In this document: one piece after another, positions 18,603-27,360 of the stretch
Position numbering within the stretch: the first letter of the stretch is position 1
How the letters are laid out: every line of letters begins with the position of its first letter
From: Dehalococcoidia bacterium
GTDB lineage: Bacteria > Chloroflexota > Dehalococcoidia > Dehalococcoidales > RBG-16-60-22
Direction of reading: 5' to 3'
NCBI GenBank assembly: GCA_011174815.1
Contig: DUFF01000069.1
Coordinates: 5,603 to 69,602 of the forward strand
DNA: 64,000 nucleotides
Translations under genes and position numbers: made by a program
The notes under the pieces: generated by a model
Told to the model about the DNA's origin: nothing
What the model saw: the letters and a program-made list of their open reading frames with translations, nothing else
Database searches by the model: none

Positions 18603-20213
18603 TCACCCCCACAGCTCTTCGATGTCCTTCTCCGCCTGTTTCCCGCCCTCTCCCTTTCCAGCGGCGAGAAATTCCTGATAGGACTGCGGCGAGCCGTACT
18701 CCCGCGTTCTGATGACCACCGGCATGGGTACAGCATGTCCGAAAATGAGCGCCTGCTGCTTTGACTCCAGCCGGGACAGCACCGATTTCAAAGCGCCTTT
18801 GCCGGAGACGCCGGCGAGGACGCTGTCAATGTCTCTCTCGTTATCGAGCAGGCAGGTGACTTTGGTGCCCATTTGGGACATCACCTCGGTGTCAATGCCG
18901 CTGGGACGCTGATCAATGACCAGCAGGGTCACATTGTATTTCCTCATCTCGCGGGCGATGGTGCCGAAAATGGTGCGGCCGGCAACCTCCGGATTGAGGA
19001 AGCGGTGTGCTTCCTCAATGGTGATGACCAGCGGCGTGGGCTTGACCGTAGCCTCACCCATCGCCTTCTCCATCCGCTCGCGGTACTGGGCATGGATGCG
19101 CCGCGTCAGCAGGTTGGCCACCAGAATGTAGGCAGTGATGTCCGTGTAGCGGCCGAACTCAAGGACCACGTTTATCCCCCGGTCAAGGTATTCCAGAATG
19201 CGTGTTACAGCATTGTCCGGCGCCTGTGGCTCGATAAAGGGGAGGCGGCCCACCGTGGCCAGACCCCTTTTCAAATTCTGGAAGGTGCTCTCGTGGATGG
19301 ATAGCTCTTTCAGTAGCTCGTTTGTCTCCTCGGAATCGGGCAGGTCAGCAGCCTGCCGCAGCCAGTCCCGGCCAAAACGGCGCCGCAGCTGGTAGATGGC
19401 CTCCACCGCCGGCTCGGTCAGGTTCAGGGTCTGGCGCAAAAGTGCCATGTCCTCCGGCTCAATCTCATCATAGCCTATCTTCACGACGAAGTCGGTGCTC
19501 ACCTTTCTCCGCCGCGAGCTTTCCTCATCAAGGGTGAACACGGCCACTTTTGACGGGAAAAGCTGTTTCAGCGCCTTGACTGACTTTCCCCCCTCGCTCG
19601 TCCCCGCCCAGCCGTACTCGTTGTGCATGTCGAAAATCAGATTCACCGCCGCGCTCTTCTGCAGCATGCCGATGAGCAGGATGCGGGTGAGAAACGTTTT
19701 GCCGGTGCCGCTCTTGCCGAAGATGCCGTTGGAGCGCTTGACCAGCTCCGGCAGGTCGAGGCATATCTTGGTCTCCATATCCAGCGGCGTGCCGACGTAA
19801 AATCTCTTTTCGTCCTCGCCGCCGAAGACGAGCTCCACATCCTGTTGCGAGGCCAGATTGACCGCCGAGAAGTGGCTGGGCACCGTCTTCACCGGCTGCG
19901 GCCCCTCAATCAGGGTGTCGACGTCGCCGCCGATGGTGAGCATGGGCAGAACGTGCAGGGTGCCGTAGGTGCCCGTTCCGGAGAGCACCTCGGCGATAAA
20001 GGGGTCGGAGATATCGGGCGGGGTCAGGGTGAAGCGCGGGTCGATGACGCCCAGGCCGATATCGGTAATCATGCCGAAGAACCTCTGCCTCTGCCCCTCG
20101 ATGGTGACGTATCTGCCCACCGCCATGTCCTCCACCGATACGCCGCCGTCCAGCTTAACCTCAACGCCGCTCTCCAGCGAGCCGGAGACCACAAGGCCCA
20201 GCCTGTCCGTCAT
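18603..20213 (-). CDS. herA: HerA/FtsK-class ATPase (HerA-like helicase; N-terminal HAS barrel plus P-loop)
   Basis: 536 aa. N-terminal barrel-like VGRYVTIEGQRQRFFGMITDI, Walker A GIFGKSGTGKTF, Walker B LVITIEEAHRF, and a QRPSGID arginine-finger region. The start overlaps the upstream gene's stop (ATGA). Confidence 0.8.
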   Translation of the reverse strand: MTDRLGLVVSGSLESGVEVKLDGGVSVEDMAVGRYVTIEGQRQRFFGMITDIGLGVIDPRFTLTPPDISDPFIAEVLSGTGTYGTLHVLPMLTIGGDVDTLIEGPQPVKTVPSHFSAVNLASQQDVELVFGGEDEKRFYVGTPLDMETKICLDLPELVKRSNGIFGKSGTGKTFLTRILLIGMLQKSAAVNLIFDMHNEYGWAGTSEGGKSVKALKQLFPSKVAVFTLDEESSRRRKVSTDFVVKIGYDEIEPEDMALLRQTLNLTEPAVEAIYQLRRRFGRDWLRQAADLPDSEETNELLKELSIHESTFQNLKRGLATVGRLPFIEPQAPDNAVTRILEYLDRGINVVLEFGRYTDITAYILVANLLTRRIHAQYRERMEKAMGEATVKPTPLVITIEEAHRFLNPEVAGRTIFGTIAREMRKYNVTLLVIDQRPSGIDTEVMSQMGTKVTCLLDNERDIDSVLAGVSGKGALKSVLSRLESKQQALIFGHAVPMPVVIRTREYGSPQSYQEFLAAGKGEGGKQAEKDIEELWG

Positions 20214-20803
20214 TTCAGCCTCCCCAGAATTGCCCGGAACTGGTTATATTGCCCGCCGAGCATAATAGATAGTTCCTTGCCCGCCGCCACCAGAAAAGCG
20301 TGGGGGTCTTCCTGCGCTCCACTCATCAGGCGCAGCGCGGCGGGCACAATCTCCTCCCTGGCCACGGGCAGACTGGCGTTCACCAGCAAGGTTAGAAAGG
20401 CCAGCGACCGCCCGAACTCCCGCACTTCATCGGGCGGGCAGGCATGGACAAAGCTGTGGATGCGTGCCGGGTTGGGCGGCAGATATTGATAGATGTTTTC
20501 TCCCGCCTTATGCCCCACCACCAGCACGCTGAACTCGCTGCGGAGCAATTTGGAGAGCTGGGGGCTGGACTGGTAGATGGCCTCCTCGCTGGCTTCATCT
20601 CTGCCGCGAGCGATGGGCCGCCGCCCCGGCTCCAAGCTGCCGGTGGTGGCATGATAGACGATGCCGTAGATGTCCAGCTCGCCGTTTTTGGTCTTCACCA
20701 GGCTGCCCAGAGGCGGCAGCTCATAAAGCTCGTAACACTGCGCTACAAAGCCCGCGGTGCTGGCCTCAATAATTTCCCCGACTCTTTCAGATGTTTCAGC
20801 CAT
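20210..20803 (-). CDS. Stand-alone HAS-barrel-like protein, HerA partner
   Basis: 197 aa. The N-terminus VGEIIEASTAGFVAQCYE...LGSLVKT...IYGIVY resembles the HerA N-terminal barrel, and there are no NTPase motifs. Translationally coupled to the HerA-like gene. Confidence 0.5.
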   Translation of the reverse strand: MAETSERVGEIIEASTAGFVAQCYELYELPPLGSLVKTKNGELDIYGIVYHATTGSLEPGRRPIARGRDEASEEAIYQSSPQLSKLLRSEFSVLVVGHKAGENIYQYLPPNPARIHSFVHACPPDEVREFGRSLAFLTLLVNASLPVAREEIVPAALRLMSGAQEDPHAFLVAAGKELSIMLGGQYNQFRAILGRLK

Positions 20804-20836
20804 AAATGATGAACCTCACCCCCTTAATCCCCCTCT

Positions 20837-21257
20837 CTATGGATTAAACACCATGTCATATGCGCTAGCTGTGTTACGTTCTATCTCCAGCGGAATATTA
20901 GCCGTTATATCGAAACTATAACCTTCCGAAGACTTCTTTGGAAGAATCGTCGCATAAAGGTCGAGGAGCTCGGCAAAATTCGCTCTCAGTTCGTCAGAAG
21001 CAATGTCTAACTCACCGACTATGGCTCCTCTCCAGTATGCCGTCAGCTTTTCAAAGGTAGCCCTGTCCGGTGGTGACGGCTCGCCACTAAACTCCTCCAG
21101 CCTCTTTAGCTGTCCATTCAATATACCCTCTTCGGACCTGAGTTGTCTATGTGCAGCCAACAATTCTTCATCGGTTATTATGCCCTCAGCTTGCTGCTAG
21201 GAGTGCGGATATTAATTTTGACAGCTCAAATCTCTCCCGTACTGGTTTCTTCGTCAT
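20837..21257 (-). pseudogene. C-terminal remnant of a large serine recombinase (N-terminal catalytic domain missing, one frameshift)
   Basis: The 108-aa ORF plus upstream codons read QQAEGIITDEELLAAHRQLRSEEGILNGQLKRLEE...ANFAELLDLYATILP, a coiled-coil/C-terminal pattern of large serine recombinases. A second frame (from 21257) adds KPVRERFELSKLISALL. No resolvase catalytic domain is present. Confidence 0.4.
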
Positions 21258-21471
21258 AGAAGAACTATATTGGAACGACTATCTTTATTAAACACCTTTC
21301 AGGCAATTAGTCAAGGGAAAAACGAGGCTGTTTCGGCACTGAAAAAACTCAAATACCTTTTGGGTATACCGAAAGATAAGTCCTATTATCTTTTAGGGTG
21401 ATAACTAAAAACGGAAATATGAGGACGACTTGTGATATCATAGTAAGTTTGAAAGGTTAGTTGGGGGCAAA

Positions 21472-22119
21472 ATGAACGCGGTTTTGTTTGATCTTGATGG
21501 GCTTCTGCTGGATACTGAGAGAATCGCCCTATCCACATTTGTTGACTCATGCAGAGAATTTGGCTTCGATCCTGACCTGAGAGTCTACTACAAATGTATT
21601 GGCACAACGTCTTCTAGGACCAAAGAAATACTCACGGATGGGTATGGCAAGACCTTACCCTTAGATTCTATTTATGAACTTTGGAGTGAGAAGTATCAGG
21701 AAGAGACATCAGATAAGCCTATCCCTTTGAAAGCAGGAGCCCTAAGTTTGCTGCGGTACTTAGAGAAAGAAGGGGTGAAAAAAGCCATTGTTACCTCGAC
21801 AGGCCAAGAGAGTGCGCGAAGATGGCTCGCCAATACTGAGATCCTGCATTTTTTCGATTTTGTTCTGGGAGGCGATCAAATATCAAATGGTAAACCGAAT
21901 CCCGAAATATACCTAACGGCGTGTCACAAATTGGATGAAAAGCCTCCCAATTGCCTGGCACTGGAGGATTCTGACAATGGTGTCCTAGCAGCCTTGAACG
22001 CAGGTCTAGTGGTTATTCAGGTTCCGGATCTCATCCAACCTTCCGCCGATGTGAGAGCTCTAGGACATAGAATCGCGAAGTCATTGGTTGAGGTTGAAAA
22101 AATCTTAAGAACGATGTGA
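21472..22119 (+). CDS. HAD-superfamily hydrolase (beta-phosphoglucomutase/phosphatase-like)
   Basis: 215 aa with motif I FDLDGLLLDTE, motif II VTST, GKPNPEIYL and EDSDNGVLAALNAG. Confidence 0.85.
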   Translation: MNAVLFDLDGLLLDTERIALSTFVDSCREFGFDPDLRVYYKCIGTTSSRTKEILTDGYGKTLPLDSIYELWSEKYQEETSDKPIPLKAGALSLLRYLEKEGVKKAIVTSTGQESARRWLANTEILHFFDFVLGGDQISNGKPNPEIYLTACHKLDEKPPNCLALEDSDNGVLAALNAGLVVIQVPDLIQPSADVRALGHRIAKSLVEVEKILRTM

Positions 22120-22273
22120 CCGGCCAAGCGAGTCGCGATTGAGCAGAATAGCATCTATCTTCCGCGACGCCTTTCTTGTGGCGATTCCTCCTTGACGGTC
22201 AGCTTTACTAAGCGTTAAGATAACCACACGGTTATTGATATAGCTACTGCGGAATACAATCTCCAGTCAGATA

Positions 22274-23074
22274 ATGCCTATCGTTCATGGTAAACTTGAA
22301 AAAGGAGGAAAATTGGAATACTTTAATCTTTCAGGAAAGGTTGCCATAGTAACTGGCGGCAACCGAGGAATTGGCTTTAGTATCGCAAAGGGCATGGCAG
22401 GTGCTGGAGCGGACGTCATCATTGCTAACCGGAAAGCTGCCGAAGGCCAGAAAGCCGCGGACGCCATTAAAAAGGAGAGCTTAAAGGCAGCCGCCGTTCC
22501 CGTTGATGTAACCAGCATCCCCTCGATTTATGAAATGGTCTCAAAAGTAATCAGAGATTTTGGGAAAATAGATATTTTGGTCAATAACGCTGCCGTTATC
22601 ACCAGGAAACCGGCTGAAGAGTATCCAGAGGAAGAATGGGACCGTTTAATGAACACCAATTTGAAGGGAGTTTTCTACTGTTGTCAGGCCGTAGGAAGAG
22701 AAATGATTAAAAACAAAAAAGGGAAAATAATCAACGTCTCTTCCAATATCTCAGCCAGAGTACAAGTGATTCGGGCAGCTTATGCAGCCTCCAAAGCCGG
22801 GTTGAATCATTTAACCCGTTCCCTTGCTTATGAGTGGGGAAAGTACAATATTAATGTTAATGCCCTGGCGCCAACAGTTACCATTACTGATATAAATCGA
22901 AAGTATTTTACAGAAGAACACCCCGAGGAATTACAAAAGTATATTGAGCAGACTCCTATGGGCAGAATTGCCGAACCCGATGATTACGTAGGCACTGCCA
23001 TATATCTGGCTTCTGACGCGTCAAACTTCGTAACCGGTCAGGTTATATTCGTCGGTGGGGGCATAACTCTTTAG
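22274..23074 (+). CDS. SDR-family oxidoreductase
   Basis: Has TGGNRGIG, NNAA and YAASKAG. An alternative TTG start at 22313 has a much better SD (aaaaggagga). Confidence 0.85.
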   Translation: MPIVHGKLEKGGKLEYFNLSGKVAIVTGGNRGIGFSIAKGMAGAGADVIIANRKAAEGQKAADAIKKESLKAAAVPVDVTSIPSIYEMVSKVIRDFGKIDILVNNAAVITRKPAEEYPEEEWDRLMNTNLKGVFYCCQAVGREMIKNKKGKIINVSSNISARVQVIRAAYAASKAGLNHLTRSLAYEWGKYNINVNALAPTVTITDINRKYFTEEHPEELQKYIEQTPMGRIAEPDDYVGTAIYLASDASNFVTGQVIFVGGGITL

Positions 23075-23124
23075 GGTAATAGGCAGCATGCCTGTCACTA
23101 TTGATAAAGAGGAGATAACGGCCA

Positions 23125-23793
23125 ATGGGAAGAGTTATTGATCTCTCGTTCACTATCAAAGAACACTGGCGCTGGCTGGCCAAATTATCCGCTATTCATA
23201 CCCACAAGGACTATCATTTCTTGACACAAACCCTCAATATGAACCTGCATGGGTTCACGCATGTAGACGCTCCTCTGCACTTTCTGCCGGAAGGAATCTC
23301 CATGGAAAAAGTGCCGCTGGAGAAGTTCATGGGAGAAGCAGTGGTGGTGGATTTGTCTTATTTAGGGGAAAACGATGGCGTCACCGCACAGGATCTGGAG
23401 GAAAAAGGTGACGATGTAAAGCCCGACGACATCGTGTTACTGCGCACTGACTGGCCTCTTAAATGCGATTACATGAGTCGCGATTTCTGGGGCATAGCTC
23501 CTTACACTGCACGCGATGCCTGCGAGTGGTTAGTCCAGCGTAAGGTCAAAGCAGTTGGCTATGACTATCCACCCGATTATGTATTGAGAAAAAAACTACT
23601 AGACCCACAATACAAGGATAAGCCCGAGGAGAATACTACCCATGACGTTTTCTTCAAAGAAGGCATATTTGTCATAGAGTACTTGTGCAATCTCCATCTC
23701 ATTACCAAAGAGCGGGTCAAATTAATAGCGCTGCCCCTTTTGATAGAAGGAGCAGGAGGTTCACCGGTAAGGGCGATTGCTATTGAAGAGTGA
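23125..23793 (+). CDS. Cyclase-family protein (kynurenine formamidase-like)
   Basis: 222 aa with the metal motif HGFTHVDAPLH. Confidence 0.75.
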   Translation: MGRVIDLSFTIKEHWRWLAKLSAIHTHKDYHFLTQTLNMNLHGFTHVDAPLHFLPEGISMEKVPLEKFMGEAVVVDLSYLGENDGVTAQDLEEKGDDVKPDDIVLLRTDWPLKCDYMSRDFWGIAPYTARDACEWLVQRKVKAVGYDYPPDYVLRKKLLDPQYKDKPEENTTHDVFFKEGIFVIEYLCNLHLITKERVKLIALPLLIEGAGGSPVRAIAIEE

Positions 23794-24007
23794 GTCCACC
23801 CGATAAACGCTGCCTACCGTGCTTTATGTTCGTTACACCATAAGGTGAACCAGGTATTTGATACAGCGATATAACCACCTTATACTATTCGCCCCGTCAT
23901 GATTACAAAGCGCATCTTTGATATGTCTTCTTTTTTTATACAATTAAAAGATGCGCAACTCACTCCGGTTCAATGAACCCGTTATCTGGAAACAGGTCAA
24001 TTATTTG

Positions 24008-24928
24008 TTATACCTTGGCCAAGATTTCGTTAATCTCTTCATCGGTGAGCTTCACGTGCTCACCTTCCGCCAGTGATGCTTCAAAATCGCTGTGAAGGTT
24101 GAAGTCAAAAGTAATATCTCCGTCAGCGGGCATCCTTTGCCCAACGAAGGACTTAGTGGCAGGCCTGATGACCACATCCGGGTTATAGTCCCAGGCTATG
24201 TCATGTTGCCACTCCGGGTGTGCGCACAGGAAAATCAGTTTACCCCGATAGCCTGATGGTACACGAAACACGTTGGGTATAACCCAGTCAATTTTCAGGC
24301 CTACTTCTTCAAGAGCTGCCACAGCGTACATTTTCAGAATCCCGGGGTCGAAGTTTATCTCTACATTACAATGGACATGGTCAGCTGGAGACTCTTCAAT
24401 CAACCTGAGCCATTTTTTAAAATGGTCAGACTTGAAGTAGGCGCGTATTTCAGCTTCTTCGTGTGGTCCCACACATTTAAAATCAAACTGCTTGTAGTAT
24501 TCGTCCATGAACTTTTTGCTCCAGCCCCACACGTTATCTTCCTGGACGTCTTTGTACAGCGGAGTTTTATTCAGGTCTGCGTCTGGTCGAACTTCTGCCG
24601 GTGCTATAAGCACATCGGGATTGTAGAACCAAAATAATTCATAATTGGCCAGAAACCGGTGGGTCTTGGAATCTACGGGCTGAACATTGATGAACATGCC
24701 CACGCCGGGAAGACCAGAGAATTTAATACCTCGGTCTAGGACAACGCCCTTCAGCTCATGATATTTCGTAAAAAGCTTGGATAAAGACTCGGGATGGATA
24801 CTGTTTTCCACATATATGTGCATATGATACATCGGGTCATCAGTCTGGGTGAGCATATGCATAAACCTGTGCCACTGGTCTGATTTGAAATAGCCGGCGA
24901 TGCTCTCCACAATATTGTTTCTTACCAT
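24008..24928 (-). CDS. Hypothetical protein built from two homologous halves of about 150 aa
   Basis: The start at 24928 has the SD aaaggagatagaaca. The internal repeat is visible by eye: IAGYFKSDQWHRFMHML...HMHIYVE...FWFYNPDVLIAPAE versus IRAYFKSDHFKKWLRLI...HVHCNVE...AWDYNPDVVIRPAT. I do not recognise the family. Confidence 0.6.
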   Translation of the reverse strand: MVRNNIVESIAGYFKSDQWHRFMHMLTQTDDPMYHMHIYVENSIHPESLSKLFTKYHELKGVVLDRGIKFSGLPGVGMFINVQPVDSKTHRFLANYELFWFYNPDVLIAPAEVRPDADLNKTPLYKDVQEDNVWGWSKKFMDEYYKQFDFKCVGPHEEAEIRAYFKSDHFKKWLRLIEESPADHVHCNVEINFDPGILKMYAVAALEEVGLKIDWVIPNVFRVPSGYRGKLIFLCAHPEWQHDIAWDYNPDVVIRPATKSFVGQRMPADGDITFDFNLHSDFEASLAEGEHVKLTDEEINEILAKV

Positions 24929-25061
24929 TGTTCTATCTCCTTTTATCAATAAATAGTTGTGGTTTATTCACTTACTGGCACCTCTGGTCACCCCGCAACA
25001 TCAAAACACGGCCTAGCGATAGACACTTTAGCCAGTTGTATTACCTCCTGTCAAGTCCACT

Positions 25062-25069
25062 CAATTGTA
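25062..25069. repeat. Target-site duplication CAATTGTA (left copy)
   Basis: The identical 8-mer occurs at 27066-27073, immediately outside the inverted repeats. Confidence 0.8.
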
Positions 25070-25086
25070 GGCAAAGTACACTCTTT
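25070..25086. repeat. Left terminal inverted repeat of the IS
   Basis: ggcaaagtacactcttt. An adjacent 8-bp hairpin, cactcttt/aaagagtg, lies at 25080-25099. Confidence 0.8.
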
Positions 25087-25147
25087 CTTGTAAAGAGTGC
25101 CTAATAGGTATATACTGCCTATCAAATATATTGATAGGAGTTATCGT

Positions 25148-25708
25148 ATGCCTATTGAAGTCACAAGGATTATCTACGCAATACTGGTATTATTGTCACT
25201 CACCACGATATATATATTGGCGTTACGCATTGTCATTAAGATATTCTCCGTATTATTCCGATTGTTGTATAAAACTGCGTGGTTTAGAAGATTACTTTTT
25301 ATACTGCAAACTAAATTACAACAGGCAATTGATTATACTTCTCCATTTATTAGGCGATTGTGGAATCTTATCGAAGTACTTATTGACCCAGTATTTTACG
25401 GATATTCGATTGTTGCTGTTTACGATAGAGTGCAAGTTATCAATCAGTACGTACAAAACAATCCTCAGTACAAATTCTGGGACTTACTTGAGGCTAATAT
25501 GAATTATGATTTAAGTTTTTGGCTTGCATTTACTATTATTTTTACGCTCTGGTTTTTTGTGAGAGCCAATACACATATGAGTGATAAGATATTTCAGAAG
25601 AGAGTTCTAAAGAGTCTGAATAAATTGTCAGGTGAATCTGATGAGTTAGATATAGGGAAAATCAATAAAGAAATACGGGAACACTTAAGAAAGAGGAAAG
25701 AGAAATAA
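25148..25708 (+). CDS. IS passenger ORF: AT-rich membrane protein, unknown function
   Basis: ATG at 25148 with the SD taggag 7 nt upstream (the ORF track starts at 25097). It has TM helices and a basic C-terminus. The stop is 1 nt before the transposase start. Confidence 0.5.
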   Translation: MPIEVTRIIYAILVLLSLTTIYILALRIVIKIFSVLFRLLYKTAWFRRLLFILQTKLQQAIDYTSPFIRRLWNLIEVLIDPVFYGYSIVAVYDRVQVINQYVQNNPQYKFWDLLEANMNYDLSFWLAFTIIFTLWFFVRANTHMSDKIFQKRVLKSLNKLSGESDELDIGKINKEIREHLRKRKEK

Positions 25709-25709
25709 T

Positions 25710-26759
25710 ATGAGCTTCATACGAGCAAAAGAAATTCCGCCTGGTTCGGGTAACTGGTATGACTACGAAGTAATGACTATCCACAAAGGTAAAAAGGTCA
25801 TACAGAAGGTCATCCGTTATATTGGCAAATCCAGTTTGCGTTCTTCGCGTTCTATGCGTTCTGGTGGCAGTGTAGGTTCTTATCCGGCAGCCGTTTCGTC
25901 AGCATCAATAAGCCCTGTAGATGATGCTAAAATCCACAAAATGAAAACACCCGCCCGACAGATAGCTTCTGCTTTGGGTATGTACTATGGCGGTATGTCC
26001 CTAGATGCTATTCAACAGCAATTCAGGCAAGACTATGATACCGATATGAGTGAAAGCAATTACTGGAATTGGGTAAAGCGATTTACCAAGGAAGCTATAA
26101 AACAGACAAAGCATTTTAAGCCTGAAAATATAGGTGATACTTGGGTTGCCGATGAAACCTATATGAAGCTAGGGGATAAGACTGTTTACTTCTGGGATTT
26201 AATAGACTCAAAAACTAACTACCTTCTGGCTTCTCACGTCTCATTCAGCAGGGGAAGCAGGGAAGCAAAAGTCTTAATGAAGCTGGCAGAGCAGAGAGCG
26301 GGCAAAACGCCTAAAGTGGTAATAACCGATAAACTCAGGTCTTATGAAGTGGCGATAGAGGATGCCTTTGGTGCGGATACAAAGCATAAGCAAGGCGAGC
26401 CATTCAAGTTCAAGGTAAGTGGTACTTCCACAGCAGAGATAGAGCGGTTTCATAAGACACTGGAACAAAGAACAGACGTATTCCAGAAGTACAATGATAT
26501 TGAGACTATCAGGCTTTTAACTGATGGCTGGCTAATAAACTATAACTTCTTTAAGCAGAATGAAGGATGCGGGAATATCCCGCCAGCTCAGGCAGCAAGC
26601 AGCGTAGTACCCTTCAAAGACTGGAATGATGTAGTCATACCTGAAGGCGTTCACGATATTGACTACAAAGTAAGCCTGTATCGCAGGAAATCGGTTAAAA
26701 AGGGTAAGCCTGTTTTTGATGCTACACTAACGCCTATAGAAATTGACAAGGAGAAATAA
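25710..26759 (+). CDS. DDE transposase, IS6-family-like, with extended N-terminus
   Basis: 349 aa with WVADETYMKLGDKTVYFWDLID (D), VVITDKLRSYEVAI (D) and TAEIERFHKTLEQR (E). Confidence 0.75.
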   Translation: MSFIRAKEIPPGSGNWYDYEVMTIHKGKKVIQKVIRYIGKSSLRSSRSMRSGGSVGSYPAAVSSASISPVDDAKIHKMKTPARQIASALGMYYGGMSLDAIQQQFRQDYDTDMSESNYWNWVKRFTKEAIKQTKHFKPENIGDTWVADETYMKLGDKTVYFWDLIDSKTNYLLASHVSFSRGSREAKVLMKLAEQRAGKTPKVVITDKLRSYEVAIEDAFGADTKHKQGEPFKFKVSGTSTAEIERFHKTLEQRTDVFQKYNDIETIRLLTDGWLINYNFFKQNEGCGNIPPAQAASSVVPFKDWNDVVIPEGVHDIDYKVSLYRRKSVKKGKPVFDATLTPIEIDKEK

Positions 26760-26764
26760 TAGTT

Positions 26765-27046
26765 ATGGATAAAAAATTGAAATCAGAGGTAGATAGAGCT
26801 ATCCCAGAAGCAAACGAAATTTATGAATATATAAAGAGCAATTACGGTGACCAGCCGTGGATGGGTGATACAGAGAGGTTTATGGCTCTCACATTCCTAT
26901 CTACTCGTGATTTAGTAAAACATTCCATAGTTTTAACTGGTCTTACTAGATGGCTTAGAGGGCTTACGATAGTATTAGGTGTCTTGGCTTTAGCTCAGTT
27001 GGGTGTTCTGATATATCAGATTATCTATAGAGTGCCTAATGGCTAA
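26765..27046 (+). CDS. IS passenger ORF: small membrane-anchored protein, unknown function
   Basis: 93 aa with a C-terminal TM helix LTIVLGVLALAQLGVLIYQII. Ends 2 nt before IRR. Confidence 0.45.
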   Translation: MDKKLKSEVDRAIPEANEIYEYIKSNYGDQPWMGDTERFMALTFLSTRDLVKHSIVLTGLTRWLRGLTIVLGVLALAQLGVLIYQIIYRVPNG

Positions 27047-27048
27047 TC

Positions 27049-27065
27049 AAAGATTGTACTTTGCC
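27049..27065. repeat. Right terminal inverted repeat of the IS
   Basis: aaagattgtactttgcc, the reverse complement of IRL with one mismatch. Confidence 0.8.
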
Positions 27066-27073
27066 CAATTGTA
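27066..27073. repeat. Target-site duplication CAATTGTA (right copy)
   Basis: Direct repeat of 25062-25069. Confidence 0.8.
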
Positions 27074-27303
27074 AGTGCAGGGGACATGAATCGGAGCCGT
27101 TTCTGGCTAATAAGGTGAAAAAATGGCTGACGCGGCTTGGTGTGAAGACTTTGTTCATAGAACCGGGCAGTCCCTGGGAGAAGGTTATATTGAGTCATTT
27201 AATGGAAAGCTTCGGGATGAACTCTTGGGCCGGGAAATCTTTACGACTCTTGAGGAAGCCAAGGCCTTTGATGCCATCACTTGCTTTCTGTGTTGAAGCG
27301 TAA
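27074..27303 (+). pseudogene. Remnant of an rve (integrase-core) transposase, frameshifted and truncated
   Basis: FLANKVKKWLTRLGVKTLFIEPGSPWE, then after a 1-nt frame change GYIESFNGKLRDELLGREIFTTLEEAKA. This is the conserved C-terminal block of IS3-type integrase-core transposases. The N-terminal catalytic part is absent. Confidence 0.65.
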
Positions 27304-27360
27304 AAGGTGTGTTACCTCTGTTTTCTAGACTCATAAGAGCCGATATGTTTGGTAGCAGCA

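Larger units (their letters stand above)
25070..27065 (+). mobile_element. IS6-like insertion sequence (1,996 bp) with three ORFs
   Basis: IRL ggcaaagtacactcttt (25070-25086) matches the reverse complement of IRR ggcaaagtacaatcttt (27049-27065) at 16/17. Flanked by an 8-bp direct repeat CAATTGTA. Contains a DDE transposase with IS6-like motifs. GG-starting IRs and 8-bp duplications are hallmarks of the IS6 family. Confidence 0.8.

Noticed and set aside
19623-20489. 288-aa plus-strand ORF over herA and the HAS-barrel gene, plus similar long antisense ORFs at 4562-5260, 37891-38727, 40337-41050 and 58293-59021
   Set aside because: All lie opposite well-supported genes, lack SD sequences and motifs, and show the skewed composition of shadow ORFs.
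25094-25105. 12-bp direct repeat agagtgcctaat, inside IRL-proximal DNA and again at 27030-27041
   Set aside because: Both copies are internal to the IS, and one is coding sequence of the third ORF. It may be a subterminal transposase-binding site, but I cannot support this beyond two short copies. The IS ends are defined by the 17-bp IRs instead.
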